Shown here: piece after piece, positions 10,401-22,055 of the stretch
Layout: each line of letters opens with the position of its first letter
How positions within the stretch are numbered: position 1 is the first letter of the stretch
DNA from: an uncultured Gammaproteobacteria bacterium
Lineage (GTDB): Bacteria > Pseudomonadota > Gammaproteobacteria > Eutrophobiales > Eutrophobiaceae
DNA: 64,000 nt
Assembly (NCBI GenBank): GCA_963976795.1
Contig: CAXBLT010000014.1
Location: forward strand, 2,314-66,313
Direction: 5' to 3'
The notes under the pieces: generated by a model
Database searches by the model: none
What the model was told of the DNA's origin: nothing
What the model saw: only the letters and a program-made list of their open reading frames with translations
Made by a program: the position numbers and the translations under genes

Positions 10401-10495
10401 TTTCCGTTCACAGGGCCGGGTCTTGCCTATTGCTATTATCCTGCTGTAATCATTAGCATTGCATTTTGTAATCGTGTTGATTACGCTTACATAAT

Positions 10496-10783
10496 ATGAT
10501 TAAAAAATTCCGCCACAAGGGACTGAAGCGCTTTTTTAATGATCCACGTTACACAGATAAACATGGGATTAATGCAGAAATTGCTGAACGTTTGATCGTG
10601 ATTCTTGATGCGTTAGATACGATTGAAATTGCAGAAGAAATGGATATTGCTGGTCTATATTTTCGTGGGCTAAAAGGACAACGCAAAGGTGAGTACAGTA
10701 TTCGGGTATCAGGAAATTGGCGTATTACTTGGCGTATGGATAGCAATAATGTAATTGATTTGAATTTAGAGGATTACCATTAA
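10496..10783 (+). CDS. higB: HigB-family toxin (RelE/ParE superfamily mRNA interferase)
   Basis: 95 aa, MIKKFRHKGLKRFF N-terminus and C-terminal EDYH typical of HigB; 1-nt overlap with downstream HTH antitoxin. Confidence 0.85.
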   Translation: MIKKFRHKGLKRFFNDPRYTDKHGINAEIAERLIVILDALDTIEIAEEMDIAGLYFRGLKGQRKGEYSIRVSGNWRITWRMDSNNVIDLNLEDYH

Positions 10784-11076
10784 TGGCAAGGCAACCTTCT
10801 CATCCCGGGGCGTTAATTCGTAACGTAATTTTACCTGAAACCAGACTCACGGTTAGCGATCTGGCTAAACGTTGTGGGCTTGCTCGAAATACCATGTCTA
10901 AAGTTATTAATGAACGTGGTGATATTACAGAAGATATTGCAATTAGATTAAGTCGAGTTTTAGGTAGTACGCCTCGGTTTTGGATAGGTATGCAAACAAA
11001 TCTGAATCTTTGGAAATTAGAACAAGAGAATAAACGTGTTTATCAAAAGATGGAGCGTGTTCCAACACATCATTAG
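10783..11076 (+). CDS. higA: HigA-family antitoxin (XRE-type HTH)
   Basis: 97 aa, HTH motif LAKRCGLARNTMSKVINERGDITEDIAIRLS, coupled to higB. Confidence 0.85.
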   Translation: MARQPSHPGALIRNVILPETRLTVSDLAKRCGLARNTMSKVINERGDITEDIAIRLSRVLGSTPRFWIGMQTNLNLWKLEQENKRVYQKMERVPTHH

Positions 11077-11181
11077 GTTAGAATGTAGCGGTTATAGTTT
11101 ATATAGATGGGGCATACCTTTTGCCATACTAAAACAATGGACTTTCCAAAGTACTGTGTGAAAAAGCCACATCATTTCTTT

Positions 11182-11283
11182 TTTCAATAATTCGACTACC
11201 TAGTCGGTAATACCTGCCGTATCATACGGCACATGTCAGATAGTAGAAGTTTACCTCGTATCCATAAACTCCCTGTTTCAGTC
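11182..11283. repeat. copy 2 of ~100-bp direct repeat (authentic mutL 5' region)
   Basis: aligns with 10301-10400; overlaps mutL start codon at 11233. Confidence 0.8.
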
Positions 11284-12909
11284 GCAAACCAGATTGCTGC
11301 TGGTGAAGTGATTGAACGCCCAGCTTCTGTAGTAAAGGAATTGATTGAGAATAGTATTGATGCAGCAGCGACAAAAATTGAAATTGATATTGAAGAAGCG
11401 GGTATAAGTTTGATACGTGTGCGTGATAATGGACAAGGGATACATAAAGACGATCTAGAGTTAGCGTTACAAGCACATGCCACCAGCAAATTGTCGGCAT
11501 TTTCTGATCTGTCGCAGATAGTCAGTATGGGTTTTAGAGGGGAGGCTATCCCGAGTATTGCTTCGGTTTCACGATTTAAAATGACATCACGTCTGAACGG
11601 TACCGAACACGCCTGGAGCATCGATAACCAATCACAAATAAAACCGGCATCTCATGAGACAGGAACAACCGTTGAAGTTAATGATTTGTTCTTTTCTACG
11701 CCAGGGCGTCGCAAATTTTTAAAATCAGAAAAAACGGAATATCTACATATTCAATCGTTGATCAGAGCACTTGCTTTGAGTCACTTTGCAACCGGGATAT
11801 TTGTTAAACATAATGAACATCCTTTGTTTAGTTTACCTGCATGTAAGGACGCTATTGAAAAACGTATCATTAGTGTTTGTGGACGGTCATTTACTAATAA
11901 AAGTGTACAGGTTGATTCTGCAAAAGAGGGCATGCATTTATGGGGGTGGCTGGGATTAAATGATGTGGCCCGTAGTCAATCTGATCGACAGTATTTCTAT
12001 GTCAATGGACGGGTTGTTCGAGATAAGCATGTCAACCACGCTATACGTCTAGCTTATGATGATCGCATTGCTCCCGGACGTTATCCAAGTTACGTGCTGC
12101 ACTTTGAAATTGACCCTTCATTGGTTGATGTGAATGTCCATCCTGCAAAATCTGAAGTTCGATTTTCAGAAACAAGAAATGTACATGACTTTATTTATAG
12201 CAGCCTTTTGGAATGTTTAAGAAAACCAATCGTTGTTATAGACAATAATGTTAACTATGAAGCGAATGGATTAAATGCACAGAAAAACATTAATGAAGAA
12301 ACTAATATTTATAACACGACTAACTCTAAACAAACTAACATTTTTGAGAGCAGGGTAGCGGCATCAAAATACTTATCATTGTTAGCAAATCAATTTCTAA
12401 TTGCTACGATTAATCATGAGCAATACTTAATTGATATTGCTAAATCGAGGGCGTTAATAACGGCGCAACATTTACATAATGACTTCCTGTCAGAGTCGAT
12501 GACAATGAGGCCAATTCTTGTGCCGGTGGGTTGTGAGTTGAGTTCAAACTTACTGGAATTTGTTAATAAAAATGACATGCTCATTGAACAATGGGGTTTT
12601 AAATTAGAACAAATAGCGCCAACTCAAATATTAATTCGTTCGATACCTGCAACATTAATCAGTTCCGAGATAATCCCTTTAGTAAACGATCTAATTGATG
12701 CTTTATATGAAGATGAATCGAGTAAAGCTATCTCTAATATAATTGCACAACACGTTAACGATTCTGGTACAGCGTTGGATGAAAGCAATACGACACAATT
12801 AATTAACGAGATTTCTCAGTTTGAACAAAGTTCACATGAATCCGGTTCACTACCATGGCGAAAATTTGATTCTGAAACCTTATCGGCATGGTTGAACGCA
12901 CAAACATGA
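11233..12909 (+). CDS. mutL: DNA mismatch repair endonuclease MutL
   Basis: 558 aa, GHKL ATPase N-terminus (ANQIAAGEVIERPASVVKELIENSIDA), conserved amiB-mutL-miaA-hfq order. Confidence 0.95.
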   Translation: MSDSRSLPRIHKLPVSVANQIAAGEVIERPASVVKELIENSIDAAATKIEIDIEEAGISLIRVRDNGQGIHKDDLELALQAHATSKLSAFSDLSQIVSMGFRGEAIPSIASVSRFKMTSRLNGTEHAWSIDNQSQIKPASHETGTTVEVNDLFFSTPGRRKFLKSEKTEYLHIQSLIRALALSHFATGIFVKHNEHPLFSLPACKDAIEKRIISVCGRSFTNKSVQVDSAKEGMHLWGWLGLNDVARSQSDRQYFYVNGRVVRDKHVNHAIRLAYDDRIAPGRYPSYVLHFEIDPSLVDVNVHPAKSEVRFSETRNVHDFIYSSLLECLRKPIVVIDNNVNYEANGLNAQKNINEETNIYNTTNSKQTNIFESRVAASKYLSLLANQFLIATINHEQYLIDIAKSRALITAQHLHNDFLSESMTMRPILVPVGCELSSNLLEFVNKNDMLIEQWGFKLEQIAPTQILIRSIPATLISSEIIPLVNDLIDALYEDESSKAISNIIAQHVNDSGTALDESNTTQLINEISQFEQSSHESGSLPWRKFDSETLSAWLNAQT

Positions 12910-13832
12910 TTGATTCTCCGAGAGTGATTTTTATTATGGGTCCGACGGCAACGGGTAAAACTGATTTGGCCGTATTTTTAAATGAAAATATTGATAGTGA
13001 AATCATTAGTGTTGATTCGGCCATGGTTTATAAGGGAATGGATATAGGTACCGCAAAGCCTGATAAAGAACTATTAGTGAAGGCACCGCATCGATTGATC
13101 GATATATGCGATCCATTAGAAGCGTATTCAGCGGCACAATTTAGAGAAGACGCGAATTTAGCTATTGCAGAGATATTGGGAAAAAATAAAACGCCCGTAC
13201 TTGTAGGAGGAACAGGGTTGTACTTTCGTGCACTGGAGAAGGGTTTGGCAGAATTGCCAGAGGCCAACTCACAAATACGTGCCAGGCTCGAAGCCGAAGC
13301 CGATGCTGATGGCTGGCATCGCCTACATAACAGGTTAAGAGAGATAGACCCTGATGCAGCAGCTCGAATAAGTGAAAATGACCCACAACGTATTCAGCGA
13401 GCACTAGAAGTCTTTGAAATAACAGGAAAAACATTAACAGCATTAATTTCCGCTGAGCACAAAGAACCGTTTTCCTACCCGATAAAAAAAATTATCTTAG
13501 CGCCTGAAGACCGTTCAGTACTCCACGAACGGGTAAGATGCCGGTTTATCGATATGTTGAAAACCGGGTTCATCGATGAGGTTGAGGGCTTATATCGCCG
13601 AGGTGATTTATCATTAGATTTACCGTCCATGCGGTTAGTCGGTTACAGGCAGGTTTGGCATTATTTGAATGGAGAGTGCAGCTATGATGAAATGCAGGAA
13701 AATGCCATTATCGCTACAAGGCAGCTTGCCAAGCGCCAGATTACCTGGTGTCGCTCAGAAGAGAATGCTGAGTGGCATGATTCATATAAAACAGGGATTT
13801 TCTCCGAAATTTTGAAAAATCTGGATAATTAG
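12888..13832 (+). CDS. miaA: tRNA dimethylallyltransferase
   Basis: P-loop GPTATGKT; alternative start at 12906 possible. Confidence 0.95.
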   Translation: MVERTNMIDSPRVIFIMGPTATGKTDLAVFLNENIDSEIISVDSAMVYKGMDIGTAKPDKELLVKAPHRLIDICDPLEAYSAAQFREDANLAIAEILGKNKTPVLVGGTGLYFRALEKGLAELPEANSQIRARLEAEADADGWHRLHNRLREIDPDAAARISENDPQRIQRALEVFEITGKTLTALISAEHKEPFSYPIKKIILAPEDRSVLHERVRCRFIDMLKTGFIDEVEGLYRRGDLSLDLPSMRLVGYRQVWHYLNGECSYDEMQENAIIATRQLAKRQITWCRSEENAEWHDSYKTGIFSEILKNLDN

Positions 13833-13944
13833 CCGTATATTTTCCTCATTTGTAATATACTTGTTGGATAATAAACAGAAATGGTCGTGGATCTATTTAA
13901 ACGGCTGATAAATAAGAATAAATTAGAATCAAAGGAGAATTATT

Positions 13945-14190
13945 ATGAGTAAGGGGCACTCATTGCAGGATCCTTTTTTAAATGCATTAAGGAAAGAGCG
14001 GATTCCGGTATCCATATTTTTGGTCAATGGGATAAAATTACAAGGACAGGTAGAATCTTTTGATCAATTTGTCATATTACTTAAAAATTCAGTGAGTCAG
14101 TTGGTCTATAAACATGCTGTTTCGACAATTGTCCCGGCGAGAAACGTCAAACTCCCTCGATCTGATGAGGATTCTGGCGAAGACGCGTGA
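13945..14190 (+). CDS. hfq: RNA chaperone Hfq
   Basis: 81 aa, Sm motifs ([36 protein letters not shown]). Confidence 0.97.
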   Translation: MSKGHSLQDPFLNALRKERIPVSIFLVNGIKLQGQVESFDQFVILLKNSVSQLVYKHAVSTIVPARNVKLPRSDEDSGEDA

Positions 14191-14217
14191 CCTCAATTAA
14201 TCTAGTTTGGTAAGCAT

Positions 14218-15516
14218 TTGGAATCAAAATCCGCTGACATTCAGCGTGCCTTAATCGTTTACGTCGATTTTTATAAATCTACGGCTGATGATGCATTGAA
14301 TGAATTTGTTCAATTAGTTGATTCTTCTGGCTTAGATGTCATTGGTTCAATTAAAGCCCCACGTCAATTTCCAGATGCACAGCTCTTTGTTGGTAAGGGA
14401 AAGGCCGATGAAATCACCATGCAAGCCGAACAATTGAATGCTGATGTCGTCATATTTAACCATCCACTGACACCGGCACAGGAAAGAAACCTCGAGAATC
14501 ACACCAAAGTCCGTGTCATAGATAGAATAGGTTTGATTTTGGATATATTTGCTCAACGTGCGCGAAGTTATGAAGGTAAGTTGCAGGTTGAATTGGCTCA
14601 ATTGCAACATCTATCGACTCGATTAATACGAGGCTGGACGCACTTGGAACGTCAAAAAGGCGGTATAGGATTACGTGGTCCTGGTGAAACGCAGCTTGAG
14701 ACAGATCGTCGATTGGTAGGTTTTCGAATCAAGTTGATTAATCAGCGGTTGGAAAAAGTACGCAAGCAACGATATTTGAGTAGACAGCAGCGTAAGAAAA
14801 ATGATGTGCCGGTTATTTCTCTGGTGGGTTATACCAATGCAGGGAAATCAACCCTGTTTAATCGCATGAGTGGAGCGGATGTCAGGGCTGCGGATCAGTT
14901 ATTTGCTACTCTCGATCCAACATTAAGACGAGTTGAGATGGATTCTGGAAGGAATATTATATTAACGGATACAGTAGGATTTATTCGTGATTTACCGCAT
15001 GATCTGGTCGAATCGTTTCAGGCGACATTGGAAGAGGTCAGAGAGGCTGATTTATTGATACACGTCATTGATGTGGATCATGAGCAACGACAGCAGCGAA
15101 TTGATGAAGTGAATAAGGTCATTGAATTAATTGATGCTGAAAACGTCCCACAAATAGAGGTCTATAACAAGATAGATAAATATTCAGAACAAACAGCGCG
15201 CGTTGAGATATCCGATAATTACCCGCATAAACGGGTATGGTTATCTTCACAGACGGGAGAAGGATTGGGTTTATTACGAGAAGCTATTGAGCAACAACTG
15301 CGACAAGAGAGGCAACCACATTATCTGAATCTACCCGTCACTGCAGGTCAATTAAGGGCAAAATTATTTGATCTTGGGGCCGTTAGACAGGATGATGAGA
15401 ACGAACTAGGCGGTTGGATAATGGAAGTTGAGTTGGAAGAATTCAGACTGAACAAGCTTTGTGAAGAGGCTAGTTTGGATATATCACAGTTGCAGTCAGA
15501 GCCTGCTCGCTATTAA
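14218..15516 (+). CDS. hflX: GTPase HflX
   Basis: 432 aa, TTG start, G-domain GYTNAGKST, conserved hfq-hflX-hflK-hflC. Confidence 0.92.
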   Translation: MESKSADIQRALIVYVDFYKSTADDALNEFVQLVDSSGLDVIGSIKAPRQFPDAQLFVGKGKADEITMQAEQLNADVVIFNHPLTPAQERNLENHTKVRVIDRIGLILDIFAQRARSYEGKLQVELAQLQHLSTRLIRGWTHLERQKGGIGLRGPGETQLETDRRLVGFRIKLINQRLEKVRKQRYLSRQQRKKNDVPVISLVGYTNAGKSTLFNRMSGADVRAADQLFATLDPTLRRVEMDSGRNIILTDTVGFIRDLPHDLVESFQATLEEVREADLLIHVIDVDHEQRQQRIDEVNKVIELIDAENVPQIEVYNKIDKYSEQTARVEISDNYPHKRVWLSSQTGEGLGLLREAIEQQLRQERQPHYLNLPVTAGQLRAKLFDLGAVRQDDENELGGWIMEVELEEFRLNKLCEEASLDISQLQSEPARY

Positions 15517-15601
15517 GATCGCACGCAAATTCATTTTTAATTTACTATTTACAACAAGGGTATTATCGATATACCCATAAATTTCGTCGGAGAAATATAT
15601 A

Positions 15602-16741
15602 ATGGGCTGGAATGAACCACCTGACAATAAAGGCAAAGACCCCTGGGGCAATAGAGGCGATGGAGATGGGCCACCGGATCTTGACGAGATAATTCGCAAG
15701 ATGCAAAAAGGCTTAGGCGGCATGTTTGGTAATCGACCTGGTAAAGTAGGTGACAATAATTCCATGTTTCCTTTTATGATGGGCATCATCCTGCTGATCG
15801 CATGGTTGGCTTTTGATATGACTTATTTGATTGATCAACAAGAACGAGGTGTTGTACTTCGTTTTGGTGAACATGTTGATACGCTTGAACCAGGGTTGAA
15901 TTTTCGTTTTCCAAGGCCGGTAGAAGTTGTAAAAAAGGTCAATGTTGGACAGGTTAGATCAATTACGCATAAAGCATTGATGTTGACTCAGGATGAAAAT
16001 ATTGTTGACGTTGAAGTGGCTGTACAATGGCGGATAGGGAATGCAGACGAATATCTGTTTAATGTGTACTCTCCAGCTTCAACACTAAGACAAGTAACCG
16101 AAAGCTCCGTTCGTGAAGTGATTGGTAAGAGTAAACTTGATTTCGTCTTGACTGAAGGACGAAGTGAAATCGCAGAAAGAATACAATCCTTAATTCAGGA
16201 AACACTGGGGGACTATAAAACAGGAATTTATATTTCCACTGCGGAAATGCAACCAGCGAAACCACCAGAAGAAGTAAAAGCGGCATTTGATGACGCTATC
16301 AAGGCGCGAGAAGATGAACAGCGTCAGGTAAATGAAGCGGAAGCTTACAGGAATGATATCCTGCCAAAAGCCCGTGGTGGTGCAGCACGCTTACGTGAAG
16401 AGTCGAATGGTTATAAGTCACGAATCATTTCCAAGGCTGAAGGTGAGGCGAGCCGTTTTGGACAGCTATTGGCTGAATATCAGCGTGCACCGGAAGTCAC
16501 ACGCGAAAGATTATATCTGGATGCGCTTGAATCCGTTTTCAGTAATACAAATAAGGTGCTGATTGATAATGATAATGGTAATAGTCTGATGTATTTACCA
16601 ATAGATAAAATGATTGATAAACGTCAAAACAATAGCTCGAATGATGCTATTTCAAATTTTAATGAGTCTTCTAATTCATCATCCACTACTATGAACGATG
16701 TTCGGCAAAGACTTGATGAACGACTCAGAGGAGTACGCTAA
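15602..16741 (+). CDS. hflK: FtsH protease modulator HflK
   Basis: 379 aa, SPFH/band-7 domain, N-terminal TM. Confidence 0.92.
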   Translation: MGWNEPPDNKGKDPWGNRGDGDGPPDLDEIIRKMQKGLGGMFGNRPGKVGDNNSMFPFMMGIILLIAWLAFDMTYLIDQQERGVVLRFGEHVDTLEPGLNFRFPRPVEVVKKVNVGQVRSITHKALMLTQDENIVDVEVAVQWRIGNADEYLFNVYSPASTLRQVTESSVREVIGKSKLDFVLTEGRSEIAERIQSLIQETLGDYKTGIYISTAEMQPAKPPEEVKAAFDDAIKAREDEQRQVNEAEAYRNDILPKARGGAARLREESNGYKSRIISKAEGEASRFGQLLAEYQRAPEVTRERLYLDALESVFSNTNKVLIDNDNGNSLMYLPIDKMIDKRQNNSSNDAISNFNESSNSSSTTMNDVRQRLDERLRGVR

Positions 16742-17607
16742 TGCCTTTGAACCCTAAAATTCTAATACCTTTAATTATTATTGCGGTCGTTGCCTATTCA
16801 TCTGTGTTTACAGTGAATCAATGGGAGCAGGCTCTGGTGTTTAAGTTTCGAGAGATTGCTCGGTCTGATGATAAACCGGGTTTACATTTCATGATGCCGA
16901 TTGTGAACGTGGCACAGAAGTTTGAAAAACGGCTTTTAAATCTTGATCAAGAACCACAGCGATTCCTAACAATAGAAAAGAAAGATGTGATTGTTGATTA
17001 TTACGCAAAGTGGCGAATTACTGATGTTGATAAGTTTTATACTGCGACACGAGGTGATGTGCTTTATGCCAATGGCTTATTGGGCCAACGTATCAACCGT
17101 GCATTACGAGATGAATTTGGTGCACGCACCGTTCAGGAAGTTGTTGCAGGAGAGCGTACTCAAATCCTGAGTGTCGTTACAGCAAGCACTTCAAACCTAC
17201 CTCAAGAGCTAGGTATAACGGTGGTTGATGTGAGAACCAAGCGGATAGACTTGCCGACAGAAGTTAGTAATTCGGTTTATGAACGTATGCGTGCCGAGCG
17301 TAACCGTGTCGCTAAGGATTTTCGAGCCCGTGGTTCTGAAGCTTCGGAGCGTATCCGTGCTAATGCCGATCGTGAACGTGAGATTATCCTGGCAAATGCG
17401 TATCGAGATGCTGAAATTATTCGTGGTGAAGGTGATGCGCAGGCAACCGAAATCTATGCCGCAGCCTATACCAAAGATGAAGAGTTTTATTCACTGTATC
17501 GTAGTTTGAATGCCTATAAAAATAGTTTCAATGATAGTAATGATGTATTACTACTTGAACCTAAGTCGGATTTCTTTAGATATTTTAATAATTCGAAAGG
17601 CAATTAA
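16741..17607 (+). CDS. hflC: FtsH protease modulator HflC
   Basis: 288 aa, SPFH domain, start overlaps hflK stop. Confidence 0.92.
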   Translation: MPLNPKILIPLIIIAVVAYSSVFTVNQWEQALVFKFREIARSDDKPGLHFMMPIVNVAQKFEKRLLNLDQEPQRFLTIEKKDVIVDYYAKWRITDVDKFYTATRGDVLYANGLLGQRINRALRDEFGARTVQEVVAGERTQILSVVTASTSNLPQELGITVVDVRTKRIDLPTEVSNSVYERMRAERNRVAKDFRARGSEASERIRANADREREIILANAYRDAEIIRGEGDAQATEIYAAAYTKDEEFYSLYRSLNAYKNSFNDSNDVLLLEPKSDFFRYFNNSKGN

Positions 17608-17688
17608 ATTCAGGGCTTATCAGACAACAGGTTTATTTAATAGATATAGATAAGCCTGTTTCTATTAAAATCGATATGGTGAAAATGA

Positions 17689-17886
17689 TTGTTTGATATT
17701 AATTTCTCTGATCTTTTATCTGCACTCGCGTTAGTGTTTATATTAGAAGGTCTTATGCCATTTCTGAACCCTGAAGGTATTCGAAAAGTATTTCTTGCCG
17801 CTGCCCAAATGGATAACCAAACATTACGGTTTTTAGGTGTCTCAAGCATGTTGGTTGGTTTGATATTGTTATACATTGTTCGTTAA
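17689..17886 (+). CDS. DUF2065 small membrane protein (YjeT-like)
   Basis: 65 aa, two TM helices, conserved location between hflC and purA. Confidence 0.7.
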   Translation: MFDINFSDLLSALALVFILEGLMPFLNPEGIRKVFLAAAQMDNQTLRFLGVSSMLVGLILLYIVR

Positions 17887-17893
17887 TTAAATT

Positions 17894-20388
<2,495 letters not shown>

Positions 20389-20505
20389 AAGAATTAAAAT
20401 ATAGTACGTTAATGCTAGTATTCTATGACTATTATTATAATAGTTTAAAAATATAGTACTATTTGACAGGCTTGTTCCTGAGTTTAATTTTCAGGGAGCA
20501 AGTAA

Positions 20506-21138
20506 ATGACACCGATCAACAAAACTATTCCTCTTTCTTTAAAAGTAATTTTCACTGCTTTTATGTCAGTATTAGTGCCTTTTTATTGGAAAACCTATGG
20601 CCCAAGTAATTTTCTATATTTTTGTGACGTAGCTTTAATACTTACTTTGTTTGGTATCTGGACTGAAAATAAGTTACTAATCAGTTTACCTGCTGTAGGC
20701 ATCCTCATTCCTCAATTTATTTGGGTTGTTGATTTTGTTGGCGGCTTATTTGGTTTTGCACCATTAGGGATGACTGACTACATGTTCGATTCGAATATTC
20801 CATTTTTTGCACGTAGTTTGTCATTGTTTCATGGGTGGTTGCCTTTTTTATTAATTTATCTTGTTTATAAAGTCGGTTATGACAAAAGAGCTTTTCGTTA
20901 CTGGACAGTGGCTGCATGGATATTAATATCAATATGTTATTTCATCATGCCTGCGCCTGGTGTAATTCTTGAGAATATTAATGCGCCAGTAAATATTAAT
21001 TATGTCTATGGGTTTAGTGATGAAGTGGCACAAACATGGATGGCCCCACATTTATACGTTGTCTTTTTAATGATTGGCTTGCCATTATTTGTTTATTATC
21101 CCACTTCAAGGGCATTAAAACGTTTGTTTTATAACTAA
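20506..21138 (+). CDS. hypothetical polytopic membrane protein
   Basis: 210 aa, ~6 TM helices, no recognisable motif. Confidence 0.5.
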   Translation: MTPINKTIPLSLKVIFTAFMSVLVPFYWKTYGPSNFLYFCDVALILTLFGIWTENKLLISLPAVGILIPQFIWVVDFVGGLFGFAPLGMTDYMFDSNIPFFARSLSLFHGWLPFLLIYLVYKVGYDKRAFRYWTVAAWILISICYFIMPAPGVILENINAPVNINYVYGFSDEVAQTWMAPHLYVVFLMIGLPLFVYYPTSRALKRLFYN

Positions 21139-21142
21139 ACCT

Positions 21143-21180
21143 CTAATATATGAAGGTCGGGATTAGCCGGCCTTCATGAT
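21143..21180. terminator. bidirectional rho-independent terminator between convergent genes
   Basis: hairpin tgaaggtcgg...ccggccttca followed by tgatttttt. Confidence 0.6.
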
Positions 21181-21190
21181 TTTTTAAAGC

Positions 21191-21922
21191 TCATTTTCTT
21201 AGGTGTTCAAATAATCCATACTGCCACTGTCTTAGCGCCATTACGACTGTTGTCCCATTGCGTTCATCTAGTGATAAACGCGCATCGGTGTCATTTAACT
21301 CGTTAAATTCTCTAATCAGCTTTTCCATTTTCTTTTGGAAAACTGCATTGGAGCTATTAGCCAACATCCCATTAACAACTAATAGACGTTCATTTTCTTT
21401 ATTAAACCGGGTATTGAAAAAATCTTGTTCTACTTTGGTTTGAAAAAACTTTTGAATAGGGCCATTTTCGAGCCAGGCAAAATTTGAGGCGACTAATAAC
21501 TTGATACGATTTTTGGGTAATAACTCAATGATTTTAAGTTTATCCAGTTTTGCCAACAAGCGTATAGCCTCTATCTCAGAAATTTTGTAATAGGTAGTTA
21601 TTTCATCCAGAGTCCAGCGATTTAGTACGCAGACAGTAACCAGTAAAAGAGTCAGGTTATTTGCGATTTCTTTTTCTTGCTCTTCATTGAGTTTGCTCAG
21701 ATGTTGTTTATCTTCTTGCATGAGTTTTAAAAGATCGGACAATTCCATATTCATGCACTGACATAGTTGCTCCAGTCGTTTCAAGGTAAAGTTCTTTTCA
21801 GAGAACATACGTTTTATACTGGCCTCAGATAAACCGATCTCTTTGGCAATATCGTTATAGGTTAAGCCATGTGCCTTAAGCGCTTTTTTAAGTGTAATGA
21901 TAAGGTGATGTGTTTGTGCCAT
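21191..21922 (-). CDS. XRE-family HTH transcriptional regulator
   Basis: HTH at N-terminus (LTYNDIAKEIGLSEASIKRMF); likely start at MAQTHH (21922) rather than ORF-track start 21982; divergent from lplT-aas fusion. Confidence 0.65.
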   Translation of the reverse strand: MAQTHHLIITLKKALKAHGLTYNDIAKEIGLSEASIKRMFSEKNFTLKRLEQLCQCMNMELSDLLKLMQEDKQHLSKLNEEQEKEIANNLTLLLVTVCVLNRWTLDEITTYYKISEIEAIRLLAKLDKLKIIELLPKNRIKLLVASNFAWLENGPIQKFFQTKVEQDFFNTRFNKENERLLVVNGMLANSSNAVFQKKMEKLIREFNELNDTDARLSLDERNGTTVVMALRQWQYGLFEHLRK

Positions 21923-22055
21923 TGGGATATGCAAGGTAGTGATTAATGATACTAATAGAACACATAAGTAATACAGATACAATATAAGTTGTTTATTACA
22001 ATACTAATTATTAGTCTCCAGGGACTTACTGAAGCAGTGTTAAAGGATATATCAC

